Positions 1-12,900 are shown, numbered from the stretch's first letter. The stretch: DNA of 45,230 nt from Nemertoderma westbladi (GCA_032718475.1 JAUCBJ010000289.1:1-45230); one strand, 5' to 3'. Notes: generated by a model not told the origin, from the letters alone. Numbers and translations: made by a program.

Positions 1-191
1 AGTGAATAAGCATGGTGGACAGCCCATGACTTTCTTGAGACGCATCTTAAAGGACACTGGCCTTAAAGATGCGGATGATCTAGCAAATGTCATGGGTGAT
101 AGGGAGTTGTGGCGGTGCAATTTTGTTGACAAGCCGGCACAGCATTCTTAAAAATGCAGCTGCAATGCAGCATGCCGATCCTAGTAGTAGT
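1..191 (+). mobile_element. RTE-clade LINE, 3' end (cut by window edge) with (TAG)n tail
   Basis: Near-identical to 15376-15568, which encodes an RTE-type RT C-terminus; ends in CTAGTAGTAGT. Confidence 0.85.
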
Positions 192-889
192 CTTCTTATA
201 AAATTTCGTCATGGGAATACGAGTTACCTAACTTATTGTCCCTAGCTGTGTCAAGTTATTCTACCAAACACTGTGGCAACAAAGTTAAGAAAACATGTAA
301 TGATCTTATGTCTCACAAAGAGGAGTTTTTATCTATTTATTGTATTGATATTTTAAATAAATATAACTTAAACACTTTTGCACGACTATCAGTACTAAAA
401 GAAATGTTAATGTAAATTTTAATTTATAATGCCAATTTTGAATGGATATTATTATAGCACCGGGGCCATCCCGGATTTTAATATATATATATACCCTTAT
501 TACTAAAATAATAATTATATTTGTGCAAGTTCAATGTGATGTAATTGGAAATTCTTTATGATAATTATAGGTACGGGCCTATCCCGTGATTGATTGATTG
601 ATTTAAATAGTAATTTTAATTTTAATAGCTTCCCTAGCGGTTGGTGGCGGAATTAAAGATTTCACTAAAACTGATACTAGTCCCTCAAAATTGGTCCAAA
701 TTTCTTGAAACCAACTTTTTTGGACTCCGCGTCATCGATTCTACAAAAGTTATCTTTTATAATTTTTAATTAGCCAAATTTATTTTAAATAATTAACATA
801 TTATAGTGTATTTAGCACAAAAGGGCAATAAACATAATCAGTATTTTAACAATAAGCGACACAGGGATAGGCAGAAGTGATATAAGACA

Positions 890-1290
890 ATAAATAATAA
901 TAATAATAATAATAATAATAGAATTTACAAGAGCTGTGTGCACTTGATGGGTGTGAACCCATAAACAAAATACGTAGTCCTACAATAGAGTTTGTTAGCA
1001 GAGTTTAGTGGTAGAAACGTTGGAGATCGGGCTTTACAGGAAGGCATTTGGAGCAAGAGCAGGCGAGTATCCAGGTGCAGGGTGAGTGTTCGTTGTATTT
1101 GGTCGTGAAAAAGTTCCAGAATAGTAGCGACATTCGTTGTTTGATTCCGACAGGGTTGAAAAACTTTATTGTTGCAGGCAGGTGGTTGGCTAGTCGTTGC
1201 GAGCGGTACCAGAAATTATGGGTCGATGAAGTAAAGTGTATATTTACTTAGACAAGATTGTATCGACGAATAATCCTCTGCAACTCGCGC
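890..1290 (-). mobile_element. Degenerate CR1-like LINE 3' fragment with (TTA)n tail
   Basis: Minus strand reads ...LANHLP...FWNFFTTKYNEHSPCTWILACSCSKC, resembling the Cys-rich ORF2 C-terminus of invertebrate CR1-group LINEs; adjacent to an (AAT)n run at about 890-919. Confidence 0.45.
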
Positions 1291-1654
1291 ACCAAACTCG
1301 TAGAGTTTAACGTCTCACAAAATTAAAAGTAGCTCCGCCTTGATCAAGAACTAGGGCTGTGGTGGGACTGGAAGTCCGCACCAACCTCGAGGCCAACTCC
1401 GCCTTGCCATTTTGTCCAGGAGCCTCTGTTACAGTGGGATGCTCGGAGAATAGCTTGTTGGACCAGGTGGTGGACCCACCCCACAACATCACGAAAGGGG
1501 ACTGCCAGGAACAATGTACATTTTAATTAATTAATTAAATTAATGAATTATCATATTTTTAATTGAAATTGGCTATTTACACAAAATAGTAATATTTATC
1601 AAAATTCCACAAGATAACTTTTAAAGGAGCCATTGAATGAACCAAAAACGAATA

Positions 1655-1870
1655 AAATTGGTTGTAAAATGACGGAGGAGTAGTAATTTGAAAATTAAAA
1701 TGTCATTATGAGAATATGCCCTTCAAAGATTAAACTTTCCCACCAGAAGAATTGGCTGTCGTGTTCTGGTTGGTTAATTATTTCCGGCACAAAGGATACA
1801 CTGCACACCAACGAGCTAACAGTTTGATTTAGGGTGTTTACGGGGTCGCTGATTTCATATCCGATGATCA
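1655..1870 (+). repeat. Dispersed repeat (probable DNA-transposon remnant), copy 1
   Basis: Aligns by eye with 25560-25770; shared blocks include cggaggagtagt, tctggttggttaattattt and gtcgctgatttcat. Confidence 0.65.
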
Positions 1871-1959
1871 CTGAACAATTTGGGGCCGTCAGCATCACCC
1901 TGCTGCACACCTTCGTCTGAGAGGGGGACCTCGCCCGACCTGCCATTAATGAGTAAGCT

Positions 1960-2760
1960 TGACTCCCAGTATGGCGCCAATGTGTAATTATATATGACCA
2001 CTTTTGGTATTTTTGGGTGACAGAGTCTAGCATTGTGTCGTAGCTTTGTGGGGGAATCCAGGTGTCGTCCTCACCGATATCCAGTTTATATTGGTCCGGT
2101 ACTTTAGGTATGTAGCCCAGGACTGGGAAGTTCAATATGGGATGAATTCCCCCCAAACTCTTGGAAAATGTGAAGAGGTTAGATCCGAAAAAATGGAACG
2201 CATACACATGGGAACCTTACCAGCAATGACAATGTCAACAAACCAGCAAAGACTTGCCACAAGGGTGTCACTGCATCACCATTCATTGGGCTAATGAGGT
2301 CCTTAAAAATCTGTGGCTGGATACCATCAGGGCCTTCCACACTCCCACAAGGGAAGGAGCGGAAGAAGTCCCGTACAACTGCAGGGGTATAAGGGTAGGC
2401 TGTGTTCGGGATGGGAGGGAGTGGCTTGCGCCTGTCCACAGGTCTGCTTGGGTGCTTGAGGTGGAGTGAGGGCAGAGTCTCCTTTGTGTTGGGAGCAAGA
2501 CTGTCCTTAGAAGAGGCAATTCGGATTGCTCCCTTAATATCCCCAGCCTCGATTTTCTCTGCCACAGAAACTGCAAGATGTGGTAAGTCATCCTCCGACA
2601 GTTTGGTAACTTGGGACATGGGGCATGCTTGGGTCATGGAGGTGTCCTGGGGAAAGTTGCGGAAGGCTTGTATCCTCTGATTGACTTCAGAGGCAAAGGA
2701 TCGTTGGAGACGCTTTCCTCCTCTTCGTGGGACTGGGATGCATTTATGGCTCACTTGTAG
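1960..2760 (-). mobile_element. Decayed, internally deleted CRE-type retrotransposon fragment
   Basis: Translations HLAVSVAEKIEAGDIKGAIRIASSKDSLAPNT, GPDGIQPQIFKDLISP and FFGSNLFTFSKSLGGIHPI match the 16414-20178 protein; the frame is broken by frameshifts. Confidence 0.85.
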
Positions 2761-2948
2761 AAGTTAGTTACTTAGTTAGTTAGTTCGTAAGTTAGGTTGT
2801 ACAGTAGTGAAACAGTAATAAAAAATTGGTTTTTTGTGTAAATGTATAGAACATTATATAATGCATGCAAAAACTGTGTTAGGCTTACTGCTATTCGATC
2901 ATTAGTGTAGTTATATTATGGTAGCGGATTAAATCCGCTGCACCACCC

Positions 2949-3504
2949 TGTGAGAAAATGGGGAATCGTGATTTACGAATTAAGATTAAGTATGCACTAT
3001 TATCCAACATAATATTGCATACCAAAAGGGAACAGGCAATATAGTGCCAGTTGGAGAAAGATAGCAACATATCTCAGGGGGAAGCCAGCATAGGGCCAGG
3101 GGAGATAGGGAGTGGCCAGAGGGTAAACCAGCCAATAATGGTGGGGCGGCACACCATAAATTAGCGTGCATCTATTGGTAGGTCGAGTAGTTAGAGATGT
3201 AACCTCCTAAGTAATAAGCATATAACTGTTACTCGATGTTAATTATATTCAGTTGGCTATTAGTGACTGTAGAAGTCAAATGGTTTAAACCATCGTTACT
3301 GCCATACAGTGCTATACTGATTGTGCTGTATTATACCGGTACTTATATATCAGACATCATTAATAACAACAAAACAAACTCGATCTTTGTTATACCAGCC
3401 TACAGCCTTTCAGTCTCTTAAATTACTGCGCAGACACGGCGACGCGTATTAGAACACAACACAAACACCGGTCGGGATCCTCAGCCAACTCGAATCCCGT
3501 CACA
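2949..3504 (+). mobile_element. LTR-like sequence related to the 9985/14028 LTR family
   Basis: TGTGAG...ATCCCGTCACA, 556 bp. Shares the 3' motifs ACACGGCG..ACGCGT and CGGGATCC...ATCCCGTCACA. No TSD, so the 5' boundary is uncertain. Confidence 0.55.
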
Positions 3505-5299
3505 GTATAAATCTGACTTTAAACTGAAGTTTAAACCTACGTCAATAGTTATTACTGTGACGCACACGGGACGCCAACATGAGTAAAGGACGTTTCTTTC
3601 TAAACTTTTGCCGGACTACATACGTAGGCCTACCAAGTTTCATTTAATTTCAACAAGGAATGACCAAGTTATTTGCAATCAAAAATTTACGATGACGACG
3701 ACAGAAAACGACAACGACAACGACGATGACAGACAGCTCGTTAATGGCACCCATATGCTAACCCATACCCGCACCCATACCCATATGTGTGGTACTTTAT
3801 GTTTAGTCACATAGTCGCTTTTTTAATGATATCACTTATGTGCCTTGCATTGATATAAATTTGTTGACCTTTGTATCAAACAGTTTATTCTGATATTTAC
3901 ACAAACGAATGAGTAATAGGAAGTATAATTGATTAATAATTTCTAGCTATAGTTAGATATTATAAAATCTTAATTACTAATTCATTTTATTAAAAGACAG
4001 ATAGACAGAAACGCATTACCCCCAACTGATCATATGATCAGAAAGTTTGTATAATTCATAAAATTATTACTCCACTCAGAAAATAAATTTCTATTACTAT
4101 AATAACTATTTCTGTAACATAAATTATTATATAATGTTATAATGATTTAACCGTAGCATAGAATGGGATAATAACTATATTTATTACCCTATTATTGAGT
4201 TATTTTGATAATGGGGAATAGTCCCATTATCCCTATATACCCTTGGGCAGGAACAGCTTCGGGCTTCTCCCTCGGTTGTTTCCTGCCCGTGCCCACGGGT
4301 TAAATAACCGGGAAAATATCTCAATAATAGGGTATAAGTGTGTTATTCCATGACACTATATTCTGGGACATACATGGTGTATACTGTATATTCTTATCAC
4401 TATTTTTTTCCTATACTGTATTGATACTATTTAATTCAAAGAATATGACTTATGGTATGGTATACATTATTTCAGTAATCTTGTTTTATGTCTATTATTT
4501 CAGTAATTTTTGTAACAGTAACTTTTAATTTTCATTAATTTTCAGTAACTTTAATATGTGGCCTTTCTTCAATAGAGAAATAAATTTATTAATAATTATG
4601 TATTTATATACTGTAGTAAGTAACAGCGTAAATTTTATAGCAGTTTCTTAGATTTATTTCCCAGCTGCAGATAAGGGGACTTTCAACGGAATAAAGAGCG
4701 GGTGTAACAAGGGCGCATTTTTGCTTGCATCCTTTACCCTATTAAACCAGGGAGGGGGGGGGGGGGGGTGTTTTTTTTGTTATAATTCTGAAACAAACGC
4801 AGTTGGGAAGTTGGGCTTTTCCTAAAAATCTATTATCTTCCTAGTAGTGAAAACCGTTTTCAAAAATATTGATAAATAAATATTGTATTTTTGAACAAAC
4901 TAACTAAACAAATAGACCTATTTGTTTTACTAATAATTGATCTACGATTTTTTTATGAATAAACGTGGGTCTTAAATATTAGAAACAGGTTTGTCAATAA
5001 TATAGGTTTAAAATATGTATATTTATTTATAAAATATGTATAATGTATATGACATATACATATTCAGTTTGTCTAAAAATTTGCAGATGAAAAAGGAAAA
5101 ATTGAATTGTAAAAATAAATTAGATAATAGATATAATGTAACAGATGGAAGATGATGAGACATAGTCAGTCATTATGGGCAAACCCCAATAAATACAATA
5201 AATACATTCAATATATTAAATAAATACATTGTCAAAATACATTACTGATTGTTTATACATACAATCGCCTGTATAATGATCACCTGAATAACGAATTCC

Positions 5300-6832
5300 A
5301 TGGCAACTTCGAACTCCTACAACATTACAAGAGAGGGGAAAAAATTATGTCTAATTGTCAATATAGCAGAATATGATGGATGGAATATGGGAATAAAAAT
5401 ACCTGGAAGAGTGGAAGGGTCATCACATGATGTAAGATATATAAAGGAGGTATTCGGAGTAAAGTTGGGATGTCAGATAGAGGAATTACATGATGATGAA
5501 GGTAAAATAAAAAATAACATAACAGATACAGAGTTGGTAAAATATTTAGAAGATTTTCGTAGTCAACCAGAACTAAAAGATATTGAATGTCTCTTTGTGT
5601 TCCTGATGAGTCATGGAGTTGAGGGCAAGATTGTTTGTTCTAATGGCGAACTGGTTGCTATAAGAGATATTGTGGAACTATTCTCAACAGAATGTTTGGC
5701 ACTAAGTGGTTTGGTACCAAAGCCTCGGATATTCTTTGTAGAAGCCTGCCAGTCCAACCCTTATCCTTATCCGGATTTCGATTTAAATTTTACTGATCGT
5801 AAATTTGAAAATATGGCTGTAGCAATTGGTTGCAGCCCAGGAGAGGAGCTACCAAATTATCCTGACCAAGGAACAACTTTTATACATCTTGTTTGTCAAG
5901 TAATTGAAAATATACTACATAAAAACACAGCGGGGGATGATGTTAAAGTGGATTTATTACCAATCTTGAGGAATTTCAATATAGTACACCGTGGTACTAC
6001 TAATAAAGAATATTCAATTATATCGCGACCACATATATTTGACAACTTATCACAATCAGTGCATCTTTTAGATTTTGTTCCACAAATACCAACTGTTATT
6101 CTTCAACGGTGTGGAGTTCCAAAAGTTCCAAAATTCCATATTTCCCGTCCAAAATTGATAGAAAATATTAGAAATTATTTGATGCAGCTGAGAGATAAGC
6201 CTTCAGGATGGGTTGTGATTTCCGGTATGGCTGCCATCGGTAAAACAACGCTGGTTCTCGATGGTGTAAATCATGAGCATATTACAAAGACATTTCCAGG
6301 AGGCATATTTTGGCAGCATATTGGACCACTGGGAATTGGACCTGTTGGTGAAAATGTTATCATTCAGAAAATGAAAGAAATTTGTTTAATGTTAGATTAT
6401 GAGTCTTCTCAGTTAATCAGCCAGTTATTCAGTATTAAGAGCTGCACCATTGCTTTGAATAAAATTATTCATAAGAAACAGCTAGACAATAAGATATGTT
6501 TGTTAATTTTGGATGATGTATGGGAAGCATATGCAGTTCAGGCTTTCGATATAAATTGCTCCATTATTGTTACAACGCGAGACGGTACGTGTGTGTCTAG
6601 TGATTATGCAAATAGATTTACTGTTTGCGTTACAGATGGGTTAAATAACTTGCAATGCGAGGAATTAATAAAAATGTGGCTCGGGAAAGAACAAGTGCTA
6701 TCTGAAGATGTAAAAAAAGTAATAGCCAAATGCTATGGTTCACCATTAGCAATTAATTTAGTTGGAGCAGTAAAGAAGAGTAACCCAAGACTTACTTGGG
6801 AATATGTTGACGAATGTCTTCCTAAAGTGTAG
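5300..6832 (+). CDS. Caspase (peptidase C14A) domain plus NB-ARC ATPase domain
   Basis: Caspase motifs: RVEGSSHD, CLFVFLMSHG (catalytic His), KPRIFFVEACQ (catalytic Cys), p10-like GTTFIHLVC. NB-ARC motifs: Walker A GMAAIGKTT, Walker B LLILDDVW, sensor IIVTTRD, GSPLAI. An upstream in-frame TGA at 5285 leaves no prodomain in this exon. Confidence 0.9.
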   Translation: MATSNSYNITREGKKLCLIVNIAEYDGWNMGIKIPGRVEGSSHDVRYIKEVFGVKLGCQIEELHDDEGKIKNNITDTELVKYLEDFRSQPELKDIECLFVFLMSHGVEGKIVCSNGELVAIRDIVELFSTECLALSGLVPKPRIFFVEACQSNPYPYPDFDLNFTDRKFENMAVAIGCSPGEELPNYPDQGTTFIHLVCQVIENILHKNTAGDDVKVDLLPILRNFNIVHRGTTNKEYSIISRPHIFDNLSQSVHLLDFVPQIPTVILQRCGVPKVPKFHISRPKLIENIRNYLMQLRDKPSGWVVISGMAAIGKTTLVLDGVNHEHITKTFPGGIFWQHIGPLGIGPVGENVIIQKMKEICLMLDYESSQLISQLFSIKSCTIALNKIIHKKQLDNKICLLILDDVWEAYAVQAFDINCSIIVTTRDGTCVSSDYANRFTVCVTDGLNNLQCEELIKMWLGKEQVLSEDVKKVIAKCYGSPLAINLVGAVKKSNPRLTWEYVDECLPKV

Positions 6833-7497
6833 AATTTTAGAGTTAGAGTTAGTGTAGAATATCTAACTTCCAATCTGAAAACGTTATATTTATCATTGGC
6901 TGTGTTTGGTCAAGTTAGTTGTCACGAATTCCCTTCTAATATAGTTGGTTTTTTATGGGGTTTAAAAATTGGTGATACACTCCTAACATTGAATCGCCTT
7001 GTAAATAAATAAATCCCTTGTTTCGTACAATTCCGACTCTATGATGTGGTCTTTACACCCGCTGCTGATAAAATTTATTGATGAAGAAATTGATGAAGAA
7101 ATTGTTGATATTCACCATCAATTAGTTAGCAAATGTATCGAACATAAATCGAAGGAAGAAGCGCAGGATCTTAACAAGTCATATATGTTCCAGTACCTTG
7201 ACAAGCACATGGCAAAGGCGAAACTCTGGTTAAAAAGACATCAATTATTAACTGACATTCTATGGATTAAATCGAAAATTGAGTTCAGTGGGCCTGGGAA
7301 TCTACTAGCTGATTACGAGTTGAATGATCACAATCACACTGATGAACAAATAACGGACATGATGAGTTATCAGAGTGTTTTAAAACTGTACTGCTCTGAT
7401 CTTACAGGCTCACATGCTTGCGACATAGTTCAAGTTGGATTGATGAGTCCAAAAAATTCAAGTTTATACAAAAAGTCCCTGGAATATGCAATTAAAG
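6833..7497 (+). pseudogene. Apaf-1-like winged-helix and helical domain 2, after the stop and across the frameshift
   Basis: Same frame after the TAG: SVEYLTSNLKTLYLSLAVF...VGFLWG...LNRLVNK. Removing one AAAT gives VNKSLVSYNSDSMMWSLHPLL (compare Apaf-1 VNKSLL...LHDL), then LLTDILWIKSKIEFSGPGNLLADY (compare Apaf-1 LDWIKAKTELVGPAHLIHEF). Confidence 0.85.
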
Positions 7498-9098
7498 GTA
7501 TGTTATTTTTTTAAAAGGTTATTATTAATTTATATTGCATTATTTGGAAATGCAACAAACACACCTTATATAATTGCTTTATTTTAATATATCTAAAAAT
7601 GTGACTATTAAATAATTTGACCTTTAGAACTATTAGGCTATAACTATAGGGCTATTTCAATTGTCTCATTGTTGTTAGAGGTTTTTGAATTGATTATAAA
7701 GGTGGATGACCTACAATTTGTATTATGTGGCTTCAGTTTTAATGTCGAATATCGGCGGTAGTGACTTTGCAACAAAAAGTTCTGAGTGAATTCATGTCAA
7801 GGCGGGTTTACACATGGCAACTTTTTGAGCAACTAGCAACCCTTTTTTCGGAGCAACTTAATTTGTTCGCTGTTTACACTTGGAAACTTTACCAGCAACT
7901 TTACCAGCAACTTGGCAGGCAACTTTTTAAGCAACTTGGTTAGTTTGATGTAAAATATAGGTATCTTTATATACTGGGCTATTATTATATTATTGCACTG
8001 CCTCCCAATATTTGTGTTACATTTCGAATTCCCACTGTCCCACTGTGCAAATACTCTACAATTTACCTTCAAATGTCTAAAAGAAAAGCAACTGCCATTA
8101 TTAGATGTTCCCCAATTAAGTTGGATGTTTCAAGTGTGTAGTTTGTCTATAGGTTGTATATTTAATTGTTTTTATAGTGGTGCCGCATGTTTCTGGTAGT
8201 GACTGAAGGTAATTGCTCTAATTAATTTATTAAATTTTAAATTAAATTTAAATTAATTTAAATTATCTTAATTTTAATCGGGTTAATGTTAACATGTTTA
8301 GCAGTTCCCCAGATCACTATTCCGTACGTAATATCAGGGACAGGATACGATACGAAAACGGATTTTCGTATTTCGTATCGCAGTATTTTCTTCGTATCGA
8401 ATTTCGTATCGTATCATAAAAATTGACTTCGTATCGTATAATACGAATAAATATTTTCTCGTATTTCGTATCGTATTTTCGTATTTTAATATTTCGTAAA
8501 TATTAATGTTTTTAACAGTCAAATCAAAGATCACACCACTTATTTCTTTAAATTTTTTTCTCAAAATTGGTGTATTAATTAGATTTCAGCTTACAGTTTT
8601 GCTCTGCCAATAAAATGTGTAAGACAGTTGGATCGTTCACATTGTAATTAACTGCAGAATAATTATAAAAAGAGCACTATAATATAATATAATTACTGTC
8701 TAAATAAACTTTTATTATTTTTCATAGTATTATTTTGACTTAGAAATTTAAGTTTTGAATTTTTTTCCATATTGGTACATCAAATTCAAAATTATTCCTC
8801 AACTATAATATTAGGCCGTGTTGCATAATGTCCTTATGGATATTGAAGCCAGTAGACACACTATTGGAAATAAAGAAATAGACAACTCCAATCATACCTT
8901 ATACAACCTTGGAGGTATTTCATTAGTCTCCTATAGCTTGACACTTGAACGGAACCGCCTCCACTTTGCAGGACTTTGCCTTCACAGCGAGGACCAGCCA
9001 GTGCATAATCTTGTACTTTGGCAGCCTCATGGAGTGAATAAGCATGGTGGACAGCCCATGACTTTATTGAGACGCATCTTAAAGGACAGTGGCCTTAA

Positions 9099-9956
9099 CC
9101 CTATTCCACCTGGGCTCTTTTGTCCGAGATTCCACCTGGGGTTGGGCATAATATGCCCAACAGTTTATTATACACTAAAAAGTAATGATAATTTTATCAA
9201 AATTTTTAAGTTATTATTTTTAATTTAAAAGTTTATAGAAAAATATATAATGCATCTGTTCTGAGTTTTATATATTCATAATTTAAAATAATATATCCAT
9301 ATAAATTAATTATCATGAAGATAACCCATTATAGTAAAAAGATGAGATAATACTATACATACACCTCCCAAAACCACTGTCTGCCTAACTCTGCCAGACA
9401 TCCCAGGTGAAAATTTTCCTTGCAGGGGTGCTGTTATTGAATAGATTTATTCACCTCTGTTTATGTCTGCTGTATTACATTAGGAATATACTGGGTTCAA
9501 TGGTGGTTGTTGGTTTATCCTAGTAGACTTATTGCTTGCTTATCTGTTAGTTTAGTATTTTGTTATTAAAAAATAATGTGATTGATGTGTACTAATCCAA
9601 GCAGTAGACAATCTTGTGTTTGAATTTAACTTTACAACCCAGCCAAGTGAATGTCCGGGACCGTAATTGGTTGTATTCTAGCTTGTTGACCAGGGGAACT
9701 ATCCAACCAGGGATTATCTTTTCTACCAGTTAGGCTAATAAAGATATTATAATAAAAAAATGTGACTATGATATGAAAAACACACCATAGCACAAAAAGT
9801 ATAAATTATGAAAAAAATATTTTGTTACCATCAGAAAGCCAATTAAATTCTAGGAAAAGTCAATGAATTTCATAATAATACATAAAAATCATCATCATGA
9901 ATTTCTGAAAATAAAAAGTGTTGGGCAGATTCTGCCCAACCCCAGGTAGAATAGGG
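9099..9956. mobile_element. Non-autonomous piggyBac-type DNA transposon
   Basis: TTAA duplicated at 9095-9098 and 9957-9960; TIRs CCCTATTCCACCTGGG / CCCAGGTAGAATAGGG; no transposase ORF. Confidence 0.85.
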
Positions 9957-9984
9957 TTAAAGATGCGGATGATCTAGCAAATGT

Positions 9985-12900
9985 TGTTAGCTTATTCAAT
10001 CCCGCCAACACCCCATAAAGTTATTAGCCGATAAGCAATATTGGGAGCCACGAGATTGGGCAATTGACCAACTCGTGCCATCCCAATAAGAATGGGAAGG
10101 AGGCACACAATAGAGGGTCAGGGGCCAAACCCCTAACCCAAGGAGAACAGGTGGAGTGAACGGGAATACTCCACGGGGCGCCAACAAGGGTATTAACCAA
10201 TCAGAGGGGGGAATGGCATCGATTGAGTAGCACTAAGGCCACCGTGCAATATAACCAATAACCTATTAATCAGTGATTCAGTTATCTCAGTGCAGCAGTG
10301 CTAGCGTAGGGTACAGCCAATTAGTTTAGTTAGGGGATCACGGGACTTTAGTTACCGTATCCCGCCTACCGTATAATTCACAATATATCTATATCCTATA
10401 ACCTATTATTATACACCGAACTTCAGAACTCAGTTATCTTTATTTCACTCTTATACACGGCGGGGACGCGTGGACTAAATACCACATCGGATAAATCGGG
10501 ATCCCTCCTGGATCCCGTCACAGTAACTAAACCGAGCTGCCGCCCTAGTTAAACTCTAAGAACTGCAACCTAGCTAGCCGAATCATCAGCCACAAACGAG
10601 ATGAGTGAATCGGGCGAGACACCGACGCGGACCCCGGACGAAGACCTAACGATCCGCGAGGCTGCGACCAAACGATACAGGCCCACGACGCCGGAGCCAT
10701 CGATAACGGGCGAACCGGAAGCACAGGACGAGGAGGGCCTGGAACCCGAAGTCGAGCCAAGAGAGAGAGAGAGCGAGACGGAGGGAGAGGGAGATGAGTC
10801 GACACGGGACGGAGAACGGCGCGCCGATGTCGCCGGCCAGCTACCGGCCGAGGGCGACGAGCGGCCCACCGAAACGGCGACGGTGGGGCCGACGGTGCGA
10901 CGTCGGACACGAAGAGACGGAGGAGAGATCGGTACCGATGTCGCCGGCCAGCTACAGGCCGAGGGCGACGGACGGCCCACCGGAACGGCGACGGTGGAGC
11001 CGCCGGTACGACGTCGAACCCGGAGGGACGGAGGAGAGGTCGGCGACGAGGACGTCGGGGTTTCTGAGCGACTTCGACGGGCCTACAACGCGACCCGGAA
11101 GCTGATAAACGACGCCAAGAAGGAAGGGGCGAAGGTAGACGAGGTGAGACTGAGAAAGCGACTAGGTGAGTCGGATAGACACTTAAATTACCTAATACGT
11201 TTTGGGCAGAGAGAACTGGCCGGGGAGAGAGCAGAAAGGATAGCCGGCGAACTGTTTGAACTATGGGAGTGTGGGAGTATGGAACCTAGTGTAGCGCCAG
11301 TGTACATAGGGCCATACTTGGTCGATGCCCGGGGAGTAAAACCAGTGGGTTGGAGGGGACTCGAAGGGGGCGAATCCGAGGTTAACCCCGAGGATTCGGC
11401 CTCTTCGGTCGGAGAAAGCTCCGGGAGGCCGGGGAAAGTTAGTAGGTCGGGAAAGCGGGGGAAGTCCGTCGTAACCGATAAGTCTGTTACATCCTCCGCG
11501 AAAGAAAGAGTGGTGAGAGAGATAGGTGCCGCATACCGCCTCGACGTGGCAGAGCAAGGTCAGAAGGAAATGGAGGAACGGCTAGAGGAGGGGAGAGCGC
11601 GGTTAGCGAGGGAAGCGGCATTGATTAAAGAGAACGGTGAGAGGGTCGAAAGGGCTTTGAGGAGCCTTAGGGAGAGTGACGAAATAGAGGAAAAGGAGTG
11701 TAGAGAGCGTGAGGCTAGGGAGGAAAGGGAACGCAGAGAGCGTGAGGCAAGGGAGGACGAGGAACGCAAGGAACGTGAGGCGAGAAGGGAAAAGGAACGC
11801 AAGGAATATGAGGCAAGAAAGGAAAAGGAACGCAAAGAACGTGAGGCGAGACGAAGGGAGAACGCTAGGAGTGTAGTAGAGTCGGCCAGACGGGACAGCC
11901 AGGAGAGTGAGGAGAGAGGGGCAAAGGCTGAGCGAGAGTTACGGGAATTAGAGAAACGCCAAGGTGTATCGGCAAAAAATAAGATTAGACGGGCGCACGA
12001 GCTGGAATTGGTCCGAGTGTTGCCGTCTGAAAGCGGGGCCGGCTCGAGTATTTTTGAGGAGCCAGGGGCCGTAGATACATTTATTAATACCCCACTGACA
12101 GGGACCGCACGACAGACTCAAGACTGGTGCGACAGTACGAGCGGGGGGGGTAATAATAATAATAATGGTACAGTAGACATTGTTGATATTAATAGTACCG
12201 TATGGGATAACACTAATCAAACCTTTGTTGCAGGAAATACTTTGCCTAGTGGTAGTAATTTAAATTTAAATCAGAACAATCCCAATACTAATGTAGAAAA
12301 TAATTCTAATGTTGATGTAGTTACGCAAAATAATTCAAATAATCAAAATAATAATCCGAATTCGGACCTACAAAATAACTTAAATAACGCAATTACACAG
12401 AATAATTCGAATAATTTAAATAATGATTTTAGCCCGAATTTACAAAATAATTCAGTTAACGTGGTCGCGCAGAGTAATGCAAATGGTTTTGTTTCAAGCG
12501 AGCAAATTAATTCCGTTTCTAATATGGGTGCTATTAATGTAAACACGTCGGGCCTACGTAACCAGGGAGCAGAGGGCCTGGTAGGCCACGTAGTTAGTAG
12601 ACAGGGAGCAGAGGGCCTGGTAGGCCACGTAGTTAGTAGACAGGGAGCTGAGGGCCTGGTAGGCCACGTAGTTGGTAGGCAGGGAGTAGAGGGCCTGGAA
12701 GGCCACGCAATAGCAGAGGGAGAGGCGGGGGTGAACAGACCCGACTGTGGTAGGGTCGATGTGTCGACTAGAGAGGTATATAATAGCGGGGAGAGAGGTA
12801 GCGAAGTTAGATGTAGCGAGTGGGGGGGGGGGGGGCTACGAGCACCCCACAACAGAGAGTTAGCGGCGAGAGGGGGGGGGGGGGGCAGAGAGTGTCCCAC

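Noticed and set aside
5080-5299. Possible upstream CARD/prodomain exon for the caspase
   Set aside because: In-frame TGA at 5285, no suitable acceptor before the ATG, and no death-fold-like ORF upstream.
7790-8500. GGCGGGTTTACACAT / GCAACT repeats and TTTCGTAT repeats
   Set aside because: Probably Harbinger- or hAT-like remnants, but no paired termini or TSD were found.
9996-10187. Duplicated short ORF (also 14039-14239)
   Set aside because: Lies within the two LTRs; the duplication reflects the LTRs rather than a gene.
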